NCBI GenBank assembly: GCA_947452455.1
Contig: CANGBX010000011.1
Coordinates: 2,188-66,187, forward strand
Origin: Beijerinckiaceae bacterium
Lineage (GTDB): Bacteria > Pseudomonadota > Alphaproteobacteria > Rhizobiales > Beijerinckiaceae
Direction of reading: 5' to 3'
DNA: 64,000 nucleotides
Under the pieces are notes generated by a model, which searched no databases, was not told the DNA's origin, and was given only the letters and a program-made list of their open reading frames with translations. Shown here piece after piece: positions 21,682 through 31,319 of the stretch. Both the position numbers and the translations under genes were made by a program. Within the stretch, counting starts at the first letter, position 1. The number at the start of each line of letters is the position of its first letter.

Positions 21682-21770
21682 CGTCATTGCGAGCGCAGCG
21701 AAGCAACCCAGGGGCCTCACGCGTGGCCTCTGGATTGCCGCGTCGGGCTAAAGCCCTCCTCGCAATGACG
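21682..21770. repeat. CGTC-type REP-like palindrome, copy 4
   Basis: cgtcattgcgagcgcagcgaagcaaccca-ggggcctcacgcgtggcctc-tggattgccgcgtc...cctcgcaatgacg. Confidence 0.9.
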
Positions 21771-21892
21771 GGGAGAGGTGTTTGCCTCTCTTCCCATCCC
21801 CAACCCCCTCCGTCCGTCGAATAGGTGCACCGCGCTGCAGCATGCTAAACCTAGGGTCTGATTGTCCGGAAACTGGCAGCCCGAGGCCTCCC

Positions 21893-23428
21893 ATGAAGCA
21901 TGTCCTTGAAATTCTTGAAAAACGCCGCGCCGAGGCGGCTCTGGGTGGCGGGCAGGCCCGTATTGATGGCCAGCATAAGAAGGGCAAGCTGACGGCGCGC
22001 GAGCGCATCGAGCTCATGCTCGATCATGGGTCTTTCGAGGAATATGACACGTTCGTGCAGCACCGCTGCACCGATTTCGGCATGGATCAGGGCGCTAAAA
22101 CCCCCGGTGATGGCGTGGTGACGGGCTGGGGCACGGTCAATGGCCGCATGGTCTATGTCTTTGCCAAGGATTTTACCGTGTTCGGCGGCTCGCTGTCCGA
22201 GACGCATGCGGCCAAGATCACCAAGATTCAGGATATGGCGCTGAAGAATGGCGCGCCAATCATCGGCCTGTTTGATGCGGGCGGTGCGCGTATTCAGGAA
22301 GGTGTCGCGGCACTGGGCGGCTACGGCGAAGTGTTCCAGCGCAATGTGATTGCCTCTGGCGTCATTCCGCAAATTTCCATGATCATGGGACCCTGCGCGG
22401 GTGGCGATGTTTATTCGCCCGCCATGACCGACTTTATCTTCATGGTGAAAGATACGAGCTATATGTTCGTCACCGGTCCCGATGTGGTGAAGACCGTGAC
22501 CAATGAAAGTGTGACAGCGGAAGAATTGGGCGGCGCGTCTGTGCATGCGACCAAGAGTTCGATTGCCGATCGCGCTTATGAAAATGATGTCGAAGCGCTG
22601 TTGCAGATGCGTCGTCTGATTGATTTCTTGCCATCCTCCAATCGTGATGATGTGCCCGAATGGCCCTCATTCGATGATAGCGAGCGCATGGATATGTCGC
22701 TCGACACGCTGGTGCCGGATAATCCGAACAAGCCCTATGACATGAAGGAACTGATTTTGAAGGTCGCTGATGAGGGCGATTTCTTCGAGATTCAGGAAGC
22801 GCATGCCAAAAACATCATCACGGGTTTTGCGCGCATTGATGGGCGCTCGGTCGGCATTGTCGCCAATCAGCCGATGGTGCTGGCGGGCGTGCTGGATTCC
22901 GATGCCTCGCGCAAGGCGGCTCGCTTCGTGCGCTTCTGCGATTGCTTCAATATTCCGCTCGTCACTTTTGTCGATGTGCCGGGCTTCTTGCCGGGGACCG
23001 CGCAGGAATATGGCGGGCTCATCAAACATGGCGCGAAATTGCTCTACGCTTATGCGGAAGCGACCGTGCCCAAAATCACCATCATCACGCGCAAAGCTTT
23101 CGGCGGCGCTTATGTGGTGATGGCGTCAAAGCATCTGCGTGGTGATGTGAATTATGCTTGGCCGTCTGCGCAGATTGCGGTGATGGGTGCCAAGGGCGCG
23201 GTGGAGATTATCTTCCGTCAGGATATTGGCGATGCGGAAAAAATCGCCGAGCGCACAAAGGAATATGAAGATCGTTTCCTTTCGCCATTTGTGGCGGCCG
23301 AGCGGGGTTATATTGACGAGGTGATTATGCCCCACGGCACGCGCCGTCGCATCGCACGTGCACTGGCTGCGCTGCGGCATAAGGTGCTCGAAAATCCGTG
23401 GAAGAAACACGATAATATTCCGCTGTGA
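21893..23428 (+). CDS. pccB: Propionyl-CoA carboxylase beta (carboxyltransferase) subunit
   Basis: [42 protein letters not shown]. Confidence 0.9.
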   Translation: MKHVLEILEKRRAEAALGGGQARIDGQHKKGKLTARERIELMLDHGSFEEYDTFVQHRCTDFGMDQGAKTPGDGVVTGWGTVNGRMVYVFAKDFTVFGGSLSETHAAKITKIQDMALKNGAPIIGLFDAGGARIQEGVAALGGYGEVFQRNVIASGVIPQISMIMGPCAGGDVYSPAMTDFIFMVKDTSYMFVTGPDVVKTVTNESVTAEELGGASVHATKSSIADRAYENDVEALLQMRRLIDFLPSSNRDDVPEWPSFDDSERMDMSLDTLVPDNPNKPYDMKELILKVADEGDFFEIQEAHAKNIITGFARIDGRSVGIVANQPMVLAGVLDSDASRKAARFVRFCDCFNIPLVTFVDVPGFLPGTAQEYGGLIKHGAKLLYAYAEATVPKITIITRKAFGGAYVVMASKHLRGDVNYAWPSAQIAVMGAKGAVEIIFRQDIGDAEKIAERTKEYEDRFLSPFVAAERGYIDEVIMPHGTRRRIARALAALRHKVLENPWKKHDNIPL

Positions 23429-23446
23429 GCGGGGCCTTTTTTGTGC

Positions 23447-23525
23447 CGTCTTTGCGAGCGGAGCGAAGCAATCCAGAGCAGCACGTGAGGCCCCTGGGTT
23501 GCTTCGCCTGCGGCTCGCAATGACG
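23447..23525. repeat. CGTC-type REP-like palindrome, copy 5
   Basis: cgtctttgcgagcggagcgaagcaatcca...tgggttgcttcgcctgcggctcgcaatgacg; between convergent genes. Confidence 0.88.
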
Positions 23526-23528
23526 GAT

Positions 23529-24464
23529 CTAGATTTCCGGCAGTTTCGCCAAAATCACTTCGCGTCTGTCTTGCAGCTTTTCCGGCAGTTTCACACTCTC
23601 GCCCAGACGTTCGACATTTTCATCGACCGTAAAGCCCGGTGCATCTGTGGCGATTTCAAACAATACGCCCGACGGCTCGCGGAAATAGATCGATTTGAAA
23701 TAAGTCCGGTCGAGAACTGGCGTCGTCTCCAGTCCTGCGCGACGGATTTCGGCAACCATGGCGCTTTGGGCGGCTTCATCGGTCGCGCGAAAGGCCAGAT
23801 GATGCACGGAGCCTATGCCGCGCTTGGCTTGCGGTGCATTGACTGCTCGCAAGAGATCGATTTGCGCGCCGGGCGCCTTTGCGCCGCTTTGCAAACGCAT
23901 GCGCTCAAAGCCCGGCAATTCGGAGCGGCCTGTTTCATGCCAGCCGAATACATCCAGCAAGACGCGCGCTGTGGCTTCCACATCGCTGACCAGCAAAGTC
24001 GCGGCATGCAAGCCGGTGATGGCATGATCGGGTGACATGTCATCCAAGTGCGGATGCGTGAGGTCGAGCATGTCGTGCTCGACCAGTTCGAGAGCCAGAC
24101 CATCTGGATCATGCAAGGCAATGACCGGGGCTTTGGCATCATGATCGAGCGCGCAAGCAATGCCTTCGTCGCTCAAACGTTCAGCCCAGAAATGTGCCGA
24201 GCCCGGCGGGATGGAGAAAGAGACAGCAACTGTTTCGCCAAAGCCCGGCTGTCCGGCGCGCGTGTCTTCCCACGAGAAGAAGGTGATGAGCGTGCCGGGC
24301 GTGCCCGTTGTGTCGCCATAATAGAGATGCCAGCTCGCGGCATCATCGAAATTGACTGTCTTTTTGACGAGCCGTAATCCGAGCACGCGTGTGTAAAAAT
24401 CATGCGTGCGGCGGATATTGCCCGACAGCGCGGTGACGTGGTGGAGGCCGATGGAATGTGTCAT
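23529..24464 (-). CDS. Ring-cleaving dioxygenase / glyoxalase (two VOC domains, MhqO/LinE-like)
   Basis: GLHHVTA...FYTRVLGLRLVKKTVNFDD...HLYYG, GSVHHLAFR, DRTYFKSIYFREPSGVLFEIATD. Confidence 0.9.
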   Translation of the reverse strand: MTHSIGLHHVTALSGNIRRTHDFYTRVLGLRLVKKTVNFDDAASWHLYYGDTTGTPGTLITFFSWEDTRAGQPGFGETVAVSFSIPPGSAHFWAERLSDEGIACALDHDAKAPVIALHDPDGLALELVEHDMLDLTHPHLDDMSPDHAITGLHAATLLVSDVEATARVLLDVFGWHETGRSELPGFERMRLQSGAKAPGAQIDLLRAVNAPQAKRGIGSVHHLAFRATDEAAQSAMVAEIRRAGLETTPVLDRTYFKSIYFREPSGVLFEIATDAPGFTVDENVERLGESVKLPEKLQDRREVILAKLPEI

Positions 24465-24612
24465 GGCGCATGACATGGCGCGGGATTCACACCCCGTCAA
24501 CCACAAGGATTCCGCCCCCCTTAACCCTGACGCGTGATGGGCCAGCCAGATTCACACAAGGGTAAGGAGGTAGGCTCACTCTGATCGCATGTTTTGAGTG
24601 GCGTAACTTTGA

Positions 24613-25068
24613 GTGAGGCTTTGCGTGTTGAGCCGTTTTGAATTGGGAGAGGGGGAAACCCCGCGTGCCTCCATTGCCGCTTTGGCGGCCCGCCCCGTCC
24701 TCACCGAGGAAGATGTGACGCATCTGCGCCGCCGCGTGCTGCGCTTTGGCTTTGTCACCCGCGCCGAGGCCGAGGCTTTGTTCGAGATCGATGCCGCCCC
24801 CTCAGCCAAGCCCGAAAGCTGGACCCCGCTATTTGTGGAGGCGCTGACCGACCATATCGTCTGGCAGTCGCGCCCGACCGGCGTGGTGAGCCCCGAGCAG
24901 GCGGCATGGCTGCTCTCCCGCACGTACGGCGCGAAGACGCTCTCCCGGCTGGCCCTGCTGGTCAATATTCTGGCGGAGGCCCATCAGGTTCCAGCGAGCT
25001 TTTTGGCAGCCGTGAAGGAGCGGGCCGCCCAATGGCCGGGCTTGGGGAAAATCCATTCAGCTGCCTGA
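24613..25068 (+). CDS. Conserved hypothetical alphaproteobacterial protein (start uncertain)
   Basis: LTEEDVTHLRR...TRAEAEALFEID...W..LFVEALTDHIVWQ..P.G.V...QAAWL resembles a family I recognise from Rhizobiales; function unknown. Confidence 0.65.
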   Translation: MRLCVLSRFELGEGETPRASIAALAARPVLTEEDVTHLRRRVLRFGFVTRAEAEALFEIDAAPSAKPESWTPLFVEALTDHIVWQSRPTGVVSPEQAAWLLSRTYGAKTLSRLALLVNILAEAHQVPASFLAAVKERAAQWPGLGKIHSAA

Positions 25069-25207
25069 TAACAGAGCAGAAAAGGGGAGTGGCTGCACAC
25101 CGGCTTCCCCCTTAGGCGAATGGACCGAATTGCTGCGCTGCCATAAAGATGGACCCCGATAAATTCTCGCCCGGCGCTTTGGCACACCGGGACCTTTCGG
25201 GGCGCAA

Positions 25208-27217
25208 ATGTTCAAGAAAATTCTCATCGCCAACCGTGGCGAGATCGCCTGCCGTGTCATCAAGACCGCCAAGCGCATGGGCATCAAGACAGTCGCTGTC
25301 TATTCGGATGCCGATAAAGACGCGCTCCATGTCGAAATGGCCGATGAGGCCGTGCATATAGGGCCGCCCGCTGCGGCAGAATCCTATCTGGTGATTGAGA
25401 AGATTATTGCCGCCTGCAAACAGACGGGCGCGGAAGCTGTGCATCCGGGCTATGGCTTTTTGTCCGAGCGCGAGGCCTTTGCCCATGCGTTGAAGGAAAA
25501 CGGCATTACCTTTATCGGCCCCAATCCGCGCGCCATTGCCGCGATGGGTGACAAGATTGAATCCAAGAAATTCGCCAATGCGGCAAAGGTCTCGACTGTG
25601 CCCGGTTATCTGGGTGTGATCGAGAGCGCTGATCACGCCGTGAAGATTGCCGATGAAATCGGCTATCCGGTGATGATCAAAGCCTCTGCGGGTGGTGGCG
25701 GCAAAGGCATGCGCATTGCCTATAGCCGCGATGAAGTGGCGGAAGGTTTTACGCGCGCGAAATCGGAAGCCAAAAGCTCCTTTGGTGATGATCGTGTGTT
25801 TGTTGAAAAATTCATCGTCAATCCACGCCACATCGAAATTCAAGTGCTCGGCGACAAGCACGGCCATGTGATTTATCTGGGCGAGCGCGAATGTTCGATT
25901 CAGCGCCGCAATCAGAAAGTCATTGAAGAAGCCCCGTCACCTTTGCTGGACGAAGAGACGCGTCGCAAAATGGGCGAGCAGGCGGTCGCGCTGGCCAAGG
26001 CTGTTGATTATGATTCCGCGGGCACCGTGGAATTTGTCGCGGGCCAAGACAAGAGTTTCTATTTTCTGGAAATGAACACGCGTTTGCAGGTGGAGCATCC
26101 GGTCACGGAACTTATCACCGGCATTGATCTTGTCGAGCAGATGATCCGTGTGGCGGCTGGTGAAAAACTGAGCCTCCAGCAGAAGGATGTGAAACTCAAC
26201 GGCTGGGCGGTGGAAAGCCGCATTTATGCGGAAGATCCGACGCGCAATTTCTTGCCATCAACAGGCCGCCTTGTGGCCTATAGCCCGCCGGCTGAAGGTG
26301 TTGAAGACGGCATTACCACGCGAAACGATACAGGCGTGTTCGAGGGTGGCGAAATCTCGATCTATTATGATCCGATGATTGCCAAGCTTGTGACCCATGC
26401 CAATGATCGCTTGACCGCGATTGAAGCGCAGGGACGTGCGCTTGATGAATTTTATATCGACGGCATCCGCCACAATATCCCCTTTCTTTCTTCACTGATG
26501 CAGCATCCGCGCTGGAAGTCTGGTCAATTGTCGACGGGCTTTATTGCCGAAGAATATCCGGAAGGCTTTTCGCCGCTCAAAGCGGAAGGTGAAGTGGCGC
26601 ATGTGCTGGTGGCTGTTGCCGCCCATGTTGATCATGTGATGAATGAACGTAAGCGCGCCATTTCGGGCCAATTGCAGACGCAGCATGGGGTGACGTTCGA
26701 GCGTGCGCGTGCGGTTGTGCTGGGCAAAGCGCGTTTTGATATCGAGCTAGTACCGGGTGATGAAGCCCTGCTCGTGCGCTTTGATGATGCGGGTGGCCAT
26801 GCCCATCATCTTGAATCCGATTGGGCGCCGGGCACGAAAGTTTGGCGTGGCCTGGTCGATGATGATCTGACCGCCGTGCAAGTGCGCCCCATTTTGAATG
26901 GTTTCTTGCTCTCGCATCAGGGTGTGTCGATCGAGGCGCGTGTCTTCACGCGTCGCGAAGCGGACCTCTTCGCACTCATGCCCGAGAAAAAAGTCGCCGA
27001 TACATCCAAGACCTTGCTTTGCCCGATGCCGGGTCTCGTCAAGCAATTGCTGGTGGTCGAGGGCCAAGAGGTGAAGGCGGGCGAGGCGCTCTGCATGGTG
27101 GAAGCCATGAAGATGGAAAATGTGCTGCGCGCTGAAAAAGATGTGACGGTGAAGAAGATCAACGCAAAGGAAGGCGATAGTCTCGCCGTCGATGCGGTGA
27201 TTATGGAATTTGCTTAA
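25208..27217 (+). CDS. pccA: Propionyl-CoA carboxylase alpha subunit (biotin carboxylase + BCCP)
   Basis: IANRGEIA, HPGYGFLSE, EMNTRLQVEHPVTE, EAMKM biotinylation site. Confidence 0.9.
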   Translation: MFKKILIANRGEIACRVIKTAKRMGIKTVAVYSDADKDALHVEMADEAVHIGPPAAAESYLVIEKIIAACKQTGAEAVHPGYGFLSEREAFAHALKENGITFIGPNPRAIAAMGDKIESKKFANAAKVSTVPGYLGVIESADHAVKIADEIGYPVMIKASAGGGGKGMRIAYSRDEVAEGFTRAKSEAKSSFGDDRVFVEKFIVNPRHIEIQVLGDKHGHVIYLGERECSIQRRNQKVIEEAPSPLLDEETRRKMGEQAVALAKAVDYDSAGTVEFVAGQDKSFYFLEMNTRLQVEHPVTELITGIDLVEQMIRVAAGEKLSLQQKDVKLNGWAVESRIYAEDPTRNFLPSTGRLVAYSPPAEGVEDGITTRNDTGVFEGGEISIYYDPMIAKLVTHANDRLTAIEAQGRALDEFYIDGIRHNIPFLSSLMQHPRWKSGQLSTGFIAEEYPEGFSPLKAEGEVAHVLVAVAAHVDHVMNERKRAISGQLQTQHGVTFERARAVVLGKARFDIELVPGDEALLVRFDDAGGHAHHLESDWAPGTKVWRGLVDDDLTAVQVRPILNGFLLSHQGVSIEARVFTRREADLFALMPEKKVADTSKTLLCPMPGLVKQLLVVEGQEVKAGEALCMVEAMKMENVLRAEKDVTVKKINAKEGDSLAVDAVIMEFA

Positions 27218-27238
27218 GGCATCCCCGCAATACACGAG

Positions 27239-29275
27239 CTACAAATCGATATGCTCAGGCGCTTTGCCGCTTTCGTGGCGTTTCCAGACGCGCGCGTAAA
27301 TCTCTTTGAATTGCGCAACTAGGCGTGTTGCGTCATAGAGCTTGGCGCTTGGCAAAGCGCGGGTGAGTTTGCGTTTGAGCAATTCACTTTGTGCTTTGGA
27401 TTTTCCAATACGCGTTGCGAAAGAAATATAGGCTTTTGTATCCGGCACGATGGTCTCGGTCATGCCGACGGCTTGCAGCAGGCTGGCGCTCAGGCGTGAT
27501 TGTCCGGTTGTACCGGGGCGTGTGAGAACCGGTAGACCCGCCCAGAGTGCATCTGTGGTGGTCGTTGCGGCGCTGAAGGTGAATGTATCCAGAAAAAGAT
27601 CCGCGCAGCGATGGCGGTGAATATGTTCGGCTTTGCTGGCCAAGCGCGGCGCAAAAATAAGCCGCGCGCGATCCAAACCTTGGGCAGCCAACAGATCACG
27701 CAAGAATTCGCGCGAACGTTCGCTGGGGCCATCCGAGAGCCAGAGCACGCTGTCGGGCACGGCTTTGAGAATGCTGATCCAGACGGCAAAAACCTCTTCG
27801 TCAATCTTCAGCCAATTGCCGAAAGCGCAGAAGACGGTTGGTCCTTCGGGCAGGCCGTGGTCAGCCCGATTAGGTTCTCCCTCGGGTAGGGTGACACGAT
27901 CACCGCATTGAAACGCATCCATCAGCCGAATGAGCGGGCCATTGCCATTGTCGCGCTCATCATCTTTCACAAGCACATGATCGACAATTGTGTAATCGAT
28001 GAAGGGTGCGGGCATACCGGCCAGATGTTGCAGCCAATGAATTTGAATGGGCGCGGGGCGCATGGCAAAAGCTTCCGGCAGGCCACCGCCCAGATAGCCG
28101 TCCAGATCAATCAGAATGGAAATATTGTCAGCGCGAATTTGCGTGGCCAATTGCGCGGGCGTCATGCCGCGGCAATCGCGATAATTTTGCGTGGTCGCAC
28201 GAATGCGGCCCGCATAATCACTCGGATCAAAAGCGTTGAGATGAAGTGCATAGAGATGGAGATCTGCGCCGGTCTCGCCATGCGCCTCAAAAAACGGCGA
28301 GAGCAAATGGCCGATCGGATGTTCGCTGAAATTATAGGACACAAAGCCGACGCGTAATTTTGCGGCAGCTTTATGTTTCACCTCAGGCAGGCGCGGGTTG
28401 CGCGCATGCAGCATATCGCCCACCGCATTAAAAACGCGCATCAGCAGGTGATCTTCAATGCCATAATAGGGAAGCAGAAAGCTCAAACGCCGCAGCGCAT
28501 TTGTGTCATTGAGCATCCAGCGCGGGCGCGCATCTTTCGGAAGGCTTGCTTCGAGGGCAGGCAGAAGCAATTGCTTGGCTTGCGCGCGATGGTCGAGCCG
28601 TGTGATGCGCCCGGCAATGGAGAGATAAGAGGCGAGGCGAATGTCGACGGTTTTTGGCGGCAGGGCTTTGATTGTGGCCGCAGTAATCTCGAGTGCCTCA
28701 TCCAGTCTGTTGACGCATTGATAGGCGACAGAGAGCTGCTCAAGCGCTGGAATGGTTTGGCCATTGCGCGTGATGAATTGTTCAATCAGTGTCACCGCTT
28801 CGGGATAGTTTCCATCCTGAATATAAAGATTGGTGAGCTCGCGCAGATATTCAAAATGATTGGGTGCACGCGTCAGGCTTTGAACGAGAAGCGCTTGCGC
28901 TTCATTTTTCCGCGCCGCGCCGATGAGCAGATCGGACAGGCTCAAAGCACTGGCTGCTCTTTGCGGCTCGCGGCGTATTGCTTCGCGCAATATGGCTTCT
29001 GCTTCGGCCAGATTGCCTTCGCGTTTGAGGGCGACACCCAGATTGTGAAAGGCGCTCGCATCACCACCTGTGGCGCGAAGAGCGAAGCGCAAGGCCTCCG
29101 CTGATTTGGTGAAGGCGCCCGTATTGAAATAGAGCTCGCCCAGAAAGGTCCAGAGTTCCCCCCGTTCGGGGGCGAGCTTGGCTGCGGCTGAGGCATTTTC
29201 TATGGCTTTGCGCAGATCTTGGCTCGCGGCAGCTTCGCGCGCCTTTTGGAAAAGACTTTCGGCAGCTTTGGACAT
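27239..29275 (-). CDS. TPR-containing GT41 (O-GlcNAc transferase / SPINDLY-like) glycosyltransferase
   Basis: N-terminal TPRs; RVGFVSYNFSEHPIGHL, ILIDLDGY, RPAPIQIHW, FCAFGNWLKI, ILKAVPDSVLWL, ADLFLDT...DALWAGLPVLT. Confidence 0.88.
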   Translation of the reverse strand: MSKAAESLFQKAREAAASQDLRKAIENASAAAKLAPERGELWTFLGELYFNTGAFTKSAEALRFALRATGGDASAFHNLGVALKREGNLAEAEAILREAIRREPQRAASALSLSDLLIGAARKNEAQALLVQSLTRAPNHFEYLRELTNLYIQDGNYPEAVTLIEQFITRNGQTIPALEQLSVAYQCVNRLDEALEITAATIKALPPKTVDIRLASYLSIAGRITRLDHRAQAKQLLLPALEASLPKDARPRWMLNDTNALRRLSFLLPYYGIEDHLLMRVFNAVGDMLHARNPRLPEVKHKAAAKLRVGFVSYNFSEHPIGHLLSPFFEAHGETGADLHLYALHLNAFDPSDYAGRIRATTQNYRDCRGMTPAQLATQIRADNISILIDLDGYLGGGLPEAFAMRPAPIQIHWLQHLAGMPAPFIDYTIVDHVLVKDDERDNGNGPLIRLMDAFQCGDRVTLPEGEPNRADHGLPEGPTVFCAFGNWLKIDEEVFAVWISILKAVPDSVLWLSDGPSERSREFLRDLLAAQGLDRARLIFAPRLASKAEHIHRHRCADLFLDTFTFSAATTTTDALWAGLPVLTRPGTTGQSRLSASLLQAVGMTETIVPDTKAYISFATRIGKSKAQSELLKRKLTRALPSAKLYDATRLVAQFKEIYARVWKRHESGKAPEHIDL

Positions 29276-29372
29276 GAAAAACAATCTAAAAAATGGTGCT
29301 CAATGAATGCGGCGAGTCTATCAGCCCCGGCTTGCGGCTGGAAGGGGCGGAGCGGGTACGATACAAGGGGGC

Positions 29373-29912
29373 ATGCCGCTGTATTTCGCTTATGGGTCCA
29401 ATATGGATGTGAAGGCCATGGCCGAGCGCTGCCCGCGCTCCAAGGCTTTGGGACCCGCACGTCTGGCGCGTCACCGCTTTTTCATCATGGACAGCGGTTG
29501 GGCCTCTGTCTGCGCAGATCCGCGCCACAATGTGCATGGCGTCTTGTGGGATCTGGCATTGGCGGATGTGCGCGTGCTCGATCATTATGAGGAGATCGGA
29601 AGCGGCCTTTACAAAAAGATCATGCAGCCCGTTTTGCGCGGCGGTGGTGCATCTGCGCGTGCGCTGGTCTATGTGGGCGGCTCCTTGAAATCGGGCGTGC
29701 CACAGCCCGGTTATATGGAACAAGTCATCGCGGCCGTCCAGGATTGGTCTTTGCCCGTAAATTACTTACGCGAATTGCAGAGCTTTGTGCCGGCCAGCAA
29801 ACGTGCAGGCCCAGCACCTGCCTGGACGGCACCTGATGGGTCCACACAATCAGCGCAGGGCGTCAAAGTGCGCCCGCGTTTTGCCACACCGCTCGATAAG
29901 GGCCGTTCATGA
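29373..29912 (+). CDS. Gamma-glutamylcyclotransferase family protein
   Basis: LYFAYGSNM, VHGVLW, LDHYE motifs. Confidence 0.88.
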   Translation: MPLYFAYGSNMDVKAMAERCPRSKALGPARLARHRFFIMDSGWASVCADPRHNVHGVLWDLALADVRVLDHYEEIGSGLYKKIMQPVLRGGGASARALVYVGGSLKSGVPQPGYMEQVIAAVQDWSLPVNYLRELQSFVPASKRAGPAPAWTAPDGSTQSAQGVKVRPRFATPLDKGRS

Positions 29913-30205
29913 TTGATATGCTCGTCATCCATTTGCGCATTGAAGGCAAAGTGCAGGGTGTTGGTTTTCGCAATTGGGTCGCACGCGAAGCGCGGATGCG
30001 TGGCCTCTCGGGCTTTGTGCGCAATCGGCATGATGGTTCTGTAGAGGCGGTTTTTTCTGGCGATGCGGATGCCGTGTCAGCATTGGCCGAAGCCTGTGGG
30101 CGCGGGCCTATTGGCGCGCGGGTCGAGCGTGTGGATGTGCGCCCCGGTCGTGAAGAAGATCTCGCGCATGTCGCCGCGAGTTTCCCGATTTTGCCGACGG
30201 CTTAG
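29909..30205 (+). CDS. acyP: Acylphosphatase
   Basis: [21 protein letters not shown]. Confidence 0.93.
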   Translation: MIDMLVIHLRIEGKVQGVGFRNWVAREARMRGLSGFVRNRHDGSVEAVFSGDADAVSALAEACGRGPIGARVERVDVRPGREEDLAHVAASFPILPTA

Positions 30206-30918
30206 ACAGTCGGCCCAAAAATTTCTTCAAAGGCGGCGCGCAGCGCCATATCGGCTTCCGGCATGGTCACGGGCAGGCCGAGATCGACAAGGCTTGTGAC
30301 ACCATATTTTTGTGCCGAGATTCCGCATGGCACGATGCCGGAGAAATGCGACAGGTCGGGTTCGACGTTGAGCGAAATGCCGTGATACGTCACCCAACGG
30401 CGCAAGCGTATCCCGATGGCAGCAATCTTGTCTTCAAAGCCGTCGCCTTTGTCGGGTCGCTTCACCCAGACACCGACACGATCTTCGCGCCTCTCGCCAC
30501 GGATGTTGTAGGCACCGAGTGTCGCCGTGATCCAATCTTCGAGTGCAGCCACAAAGGCACGCACATCCGGAGTGCGGCGCTTCAAGTCGAGCATGACATA
30601 GGCAACCCGCTGGCCTGGACCATGATAGGTGAATTGACCGCCACGTCCGGTCTTATGCACGGGGAAGCGGGCATCGCGCAGATCCTCATCCTGTGCCGAG
30701 GTTCCGGCTGTATAGAGGGGCGGGTGTTCGACCAGCCAGACAAGCTCGGGCGCTTGGCCCTCGGCAATGGCCTCGGCGCGGGCCTCCATAAAGGCCACAG
30801 CTTCAGCATAGGGCATGAGGCCCTCAGCAATGGCCCATTCGACAGGCGGATGGCCTGTCGCTGCCACCATGGGGCGGGCGATGCTATCGCGTGTCTGAGG
30901 GGCCGGATTTGGGGACAA
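30202..30918 (-). CDS. lipB: Lipoyl(octanoyl) transferase LipB (start uncertain; TTG 6 nt after AGGAGA chosen)
   Basis: [42 protein letters not shown]. Confidence 0.95.
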   Translation of the reverse strand: MSPNPAPQTRDSIARPMVAATGHPPVEWAIAEGLMPYAEAVAFMEARAEAIAEGQAPELVWLVEHPPLYTAGTSAQDEDLRDARFPVHKTGRGGQFTYHGPGQRVAYVMLDLKRRTPDVRAFVAALEDWITATLGAYNIRGERREDRVGVWVKRPDKGDGFEDKIAAIGIRLRRWVTYHGISLNVEPDLSHFSGIVPCGISAQKYGVTSLVDLGLPVTMPEADMALRAAFEEIFGPTV

Positions 30919-31068
30919 AATCACTCTCCTGAAGCGCCCTTTCATCGCATATTGCCAAGGATTTGCGAAAGAGGGCGAAAAGCGGCTTTCAAAGCTTGTC
31001 ACAGGGGAGGTGATTTGTTAGACGGGCCGCCTACCAAGTGGCGGGGCTAAACCCGTCATTTCAAATGT

Positions 31069-31155
31069 GCGGCCATGGCGGAATTGGTAGACGCGCTAGC
31101 TTGAGGTGCTAGTCCTTTAACCGGGGTGGAAGTTCGAGTCTTCTTGGCCGCACCA
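31069..31155 (+). tRNA. tRNA-Leu(GAG), long variable arm, encoded CCA
   Basis: gcggcca/tggccgc acceptor stem; ggaattggtagac D-arm; ctagc-ttGAGgt-gctag anticodon arm; gttcgagt T-loop. Confidence 0.97.
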
Positions 31156-31319
31156 TTTCTTCTTGATCTTATCAATTCTGATCGCGCGGGATGATGGATA
31201 CGCATCCTGTTTTGCCTATTTAGCGTGGGCTTAAGCGTCTGCGCCGGGGCAATTGACTTCGGCCCATGGCTCTATAAAGAGCCGTTGAGAGTGCGAGCAG
31301 TCCAAGCCGGATATCGTCC

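Noticed and set aside
21782-21892. Longer pccB start
   Set aside because: Family similarity begins at MKHVLEILE (21893).
28373-29104. 243-aa plus-strand ORF inside the GT41 gene
   Set aside because: It is an antisense shadow with no motifs.
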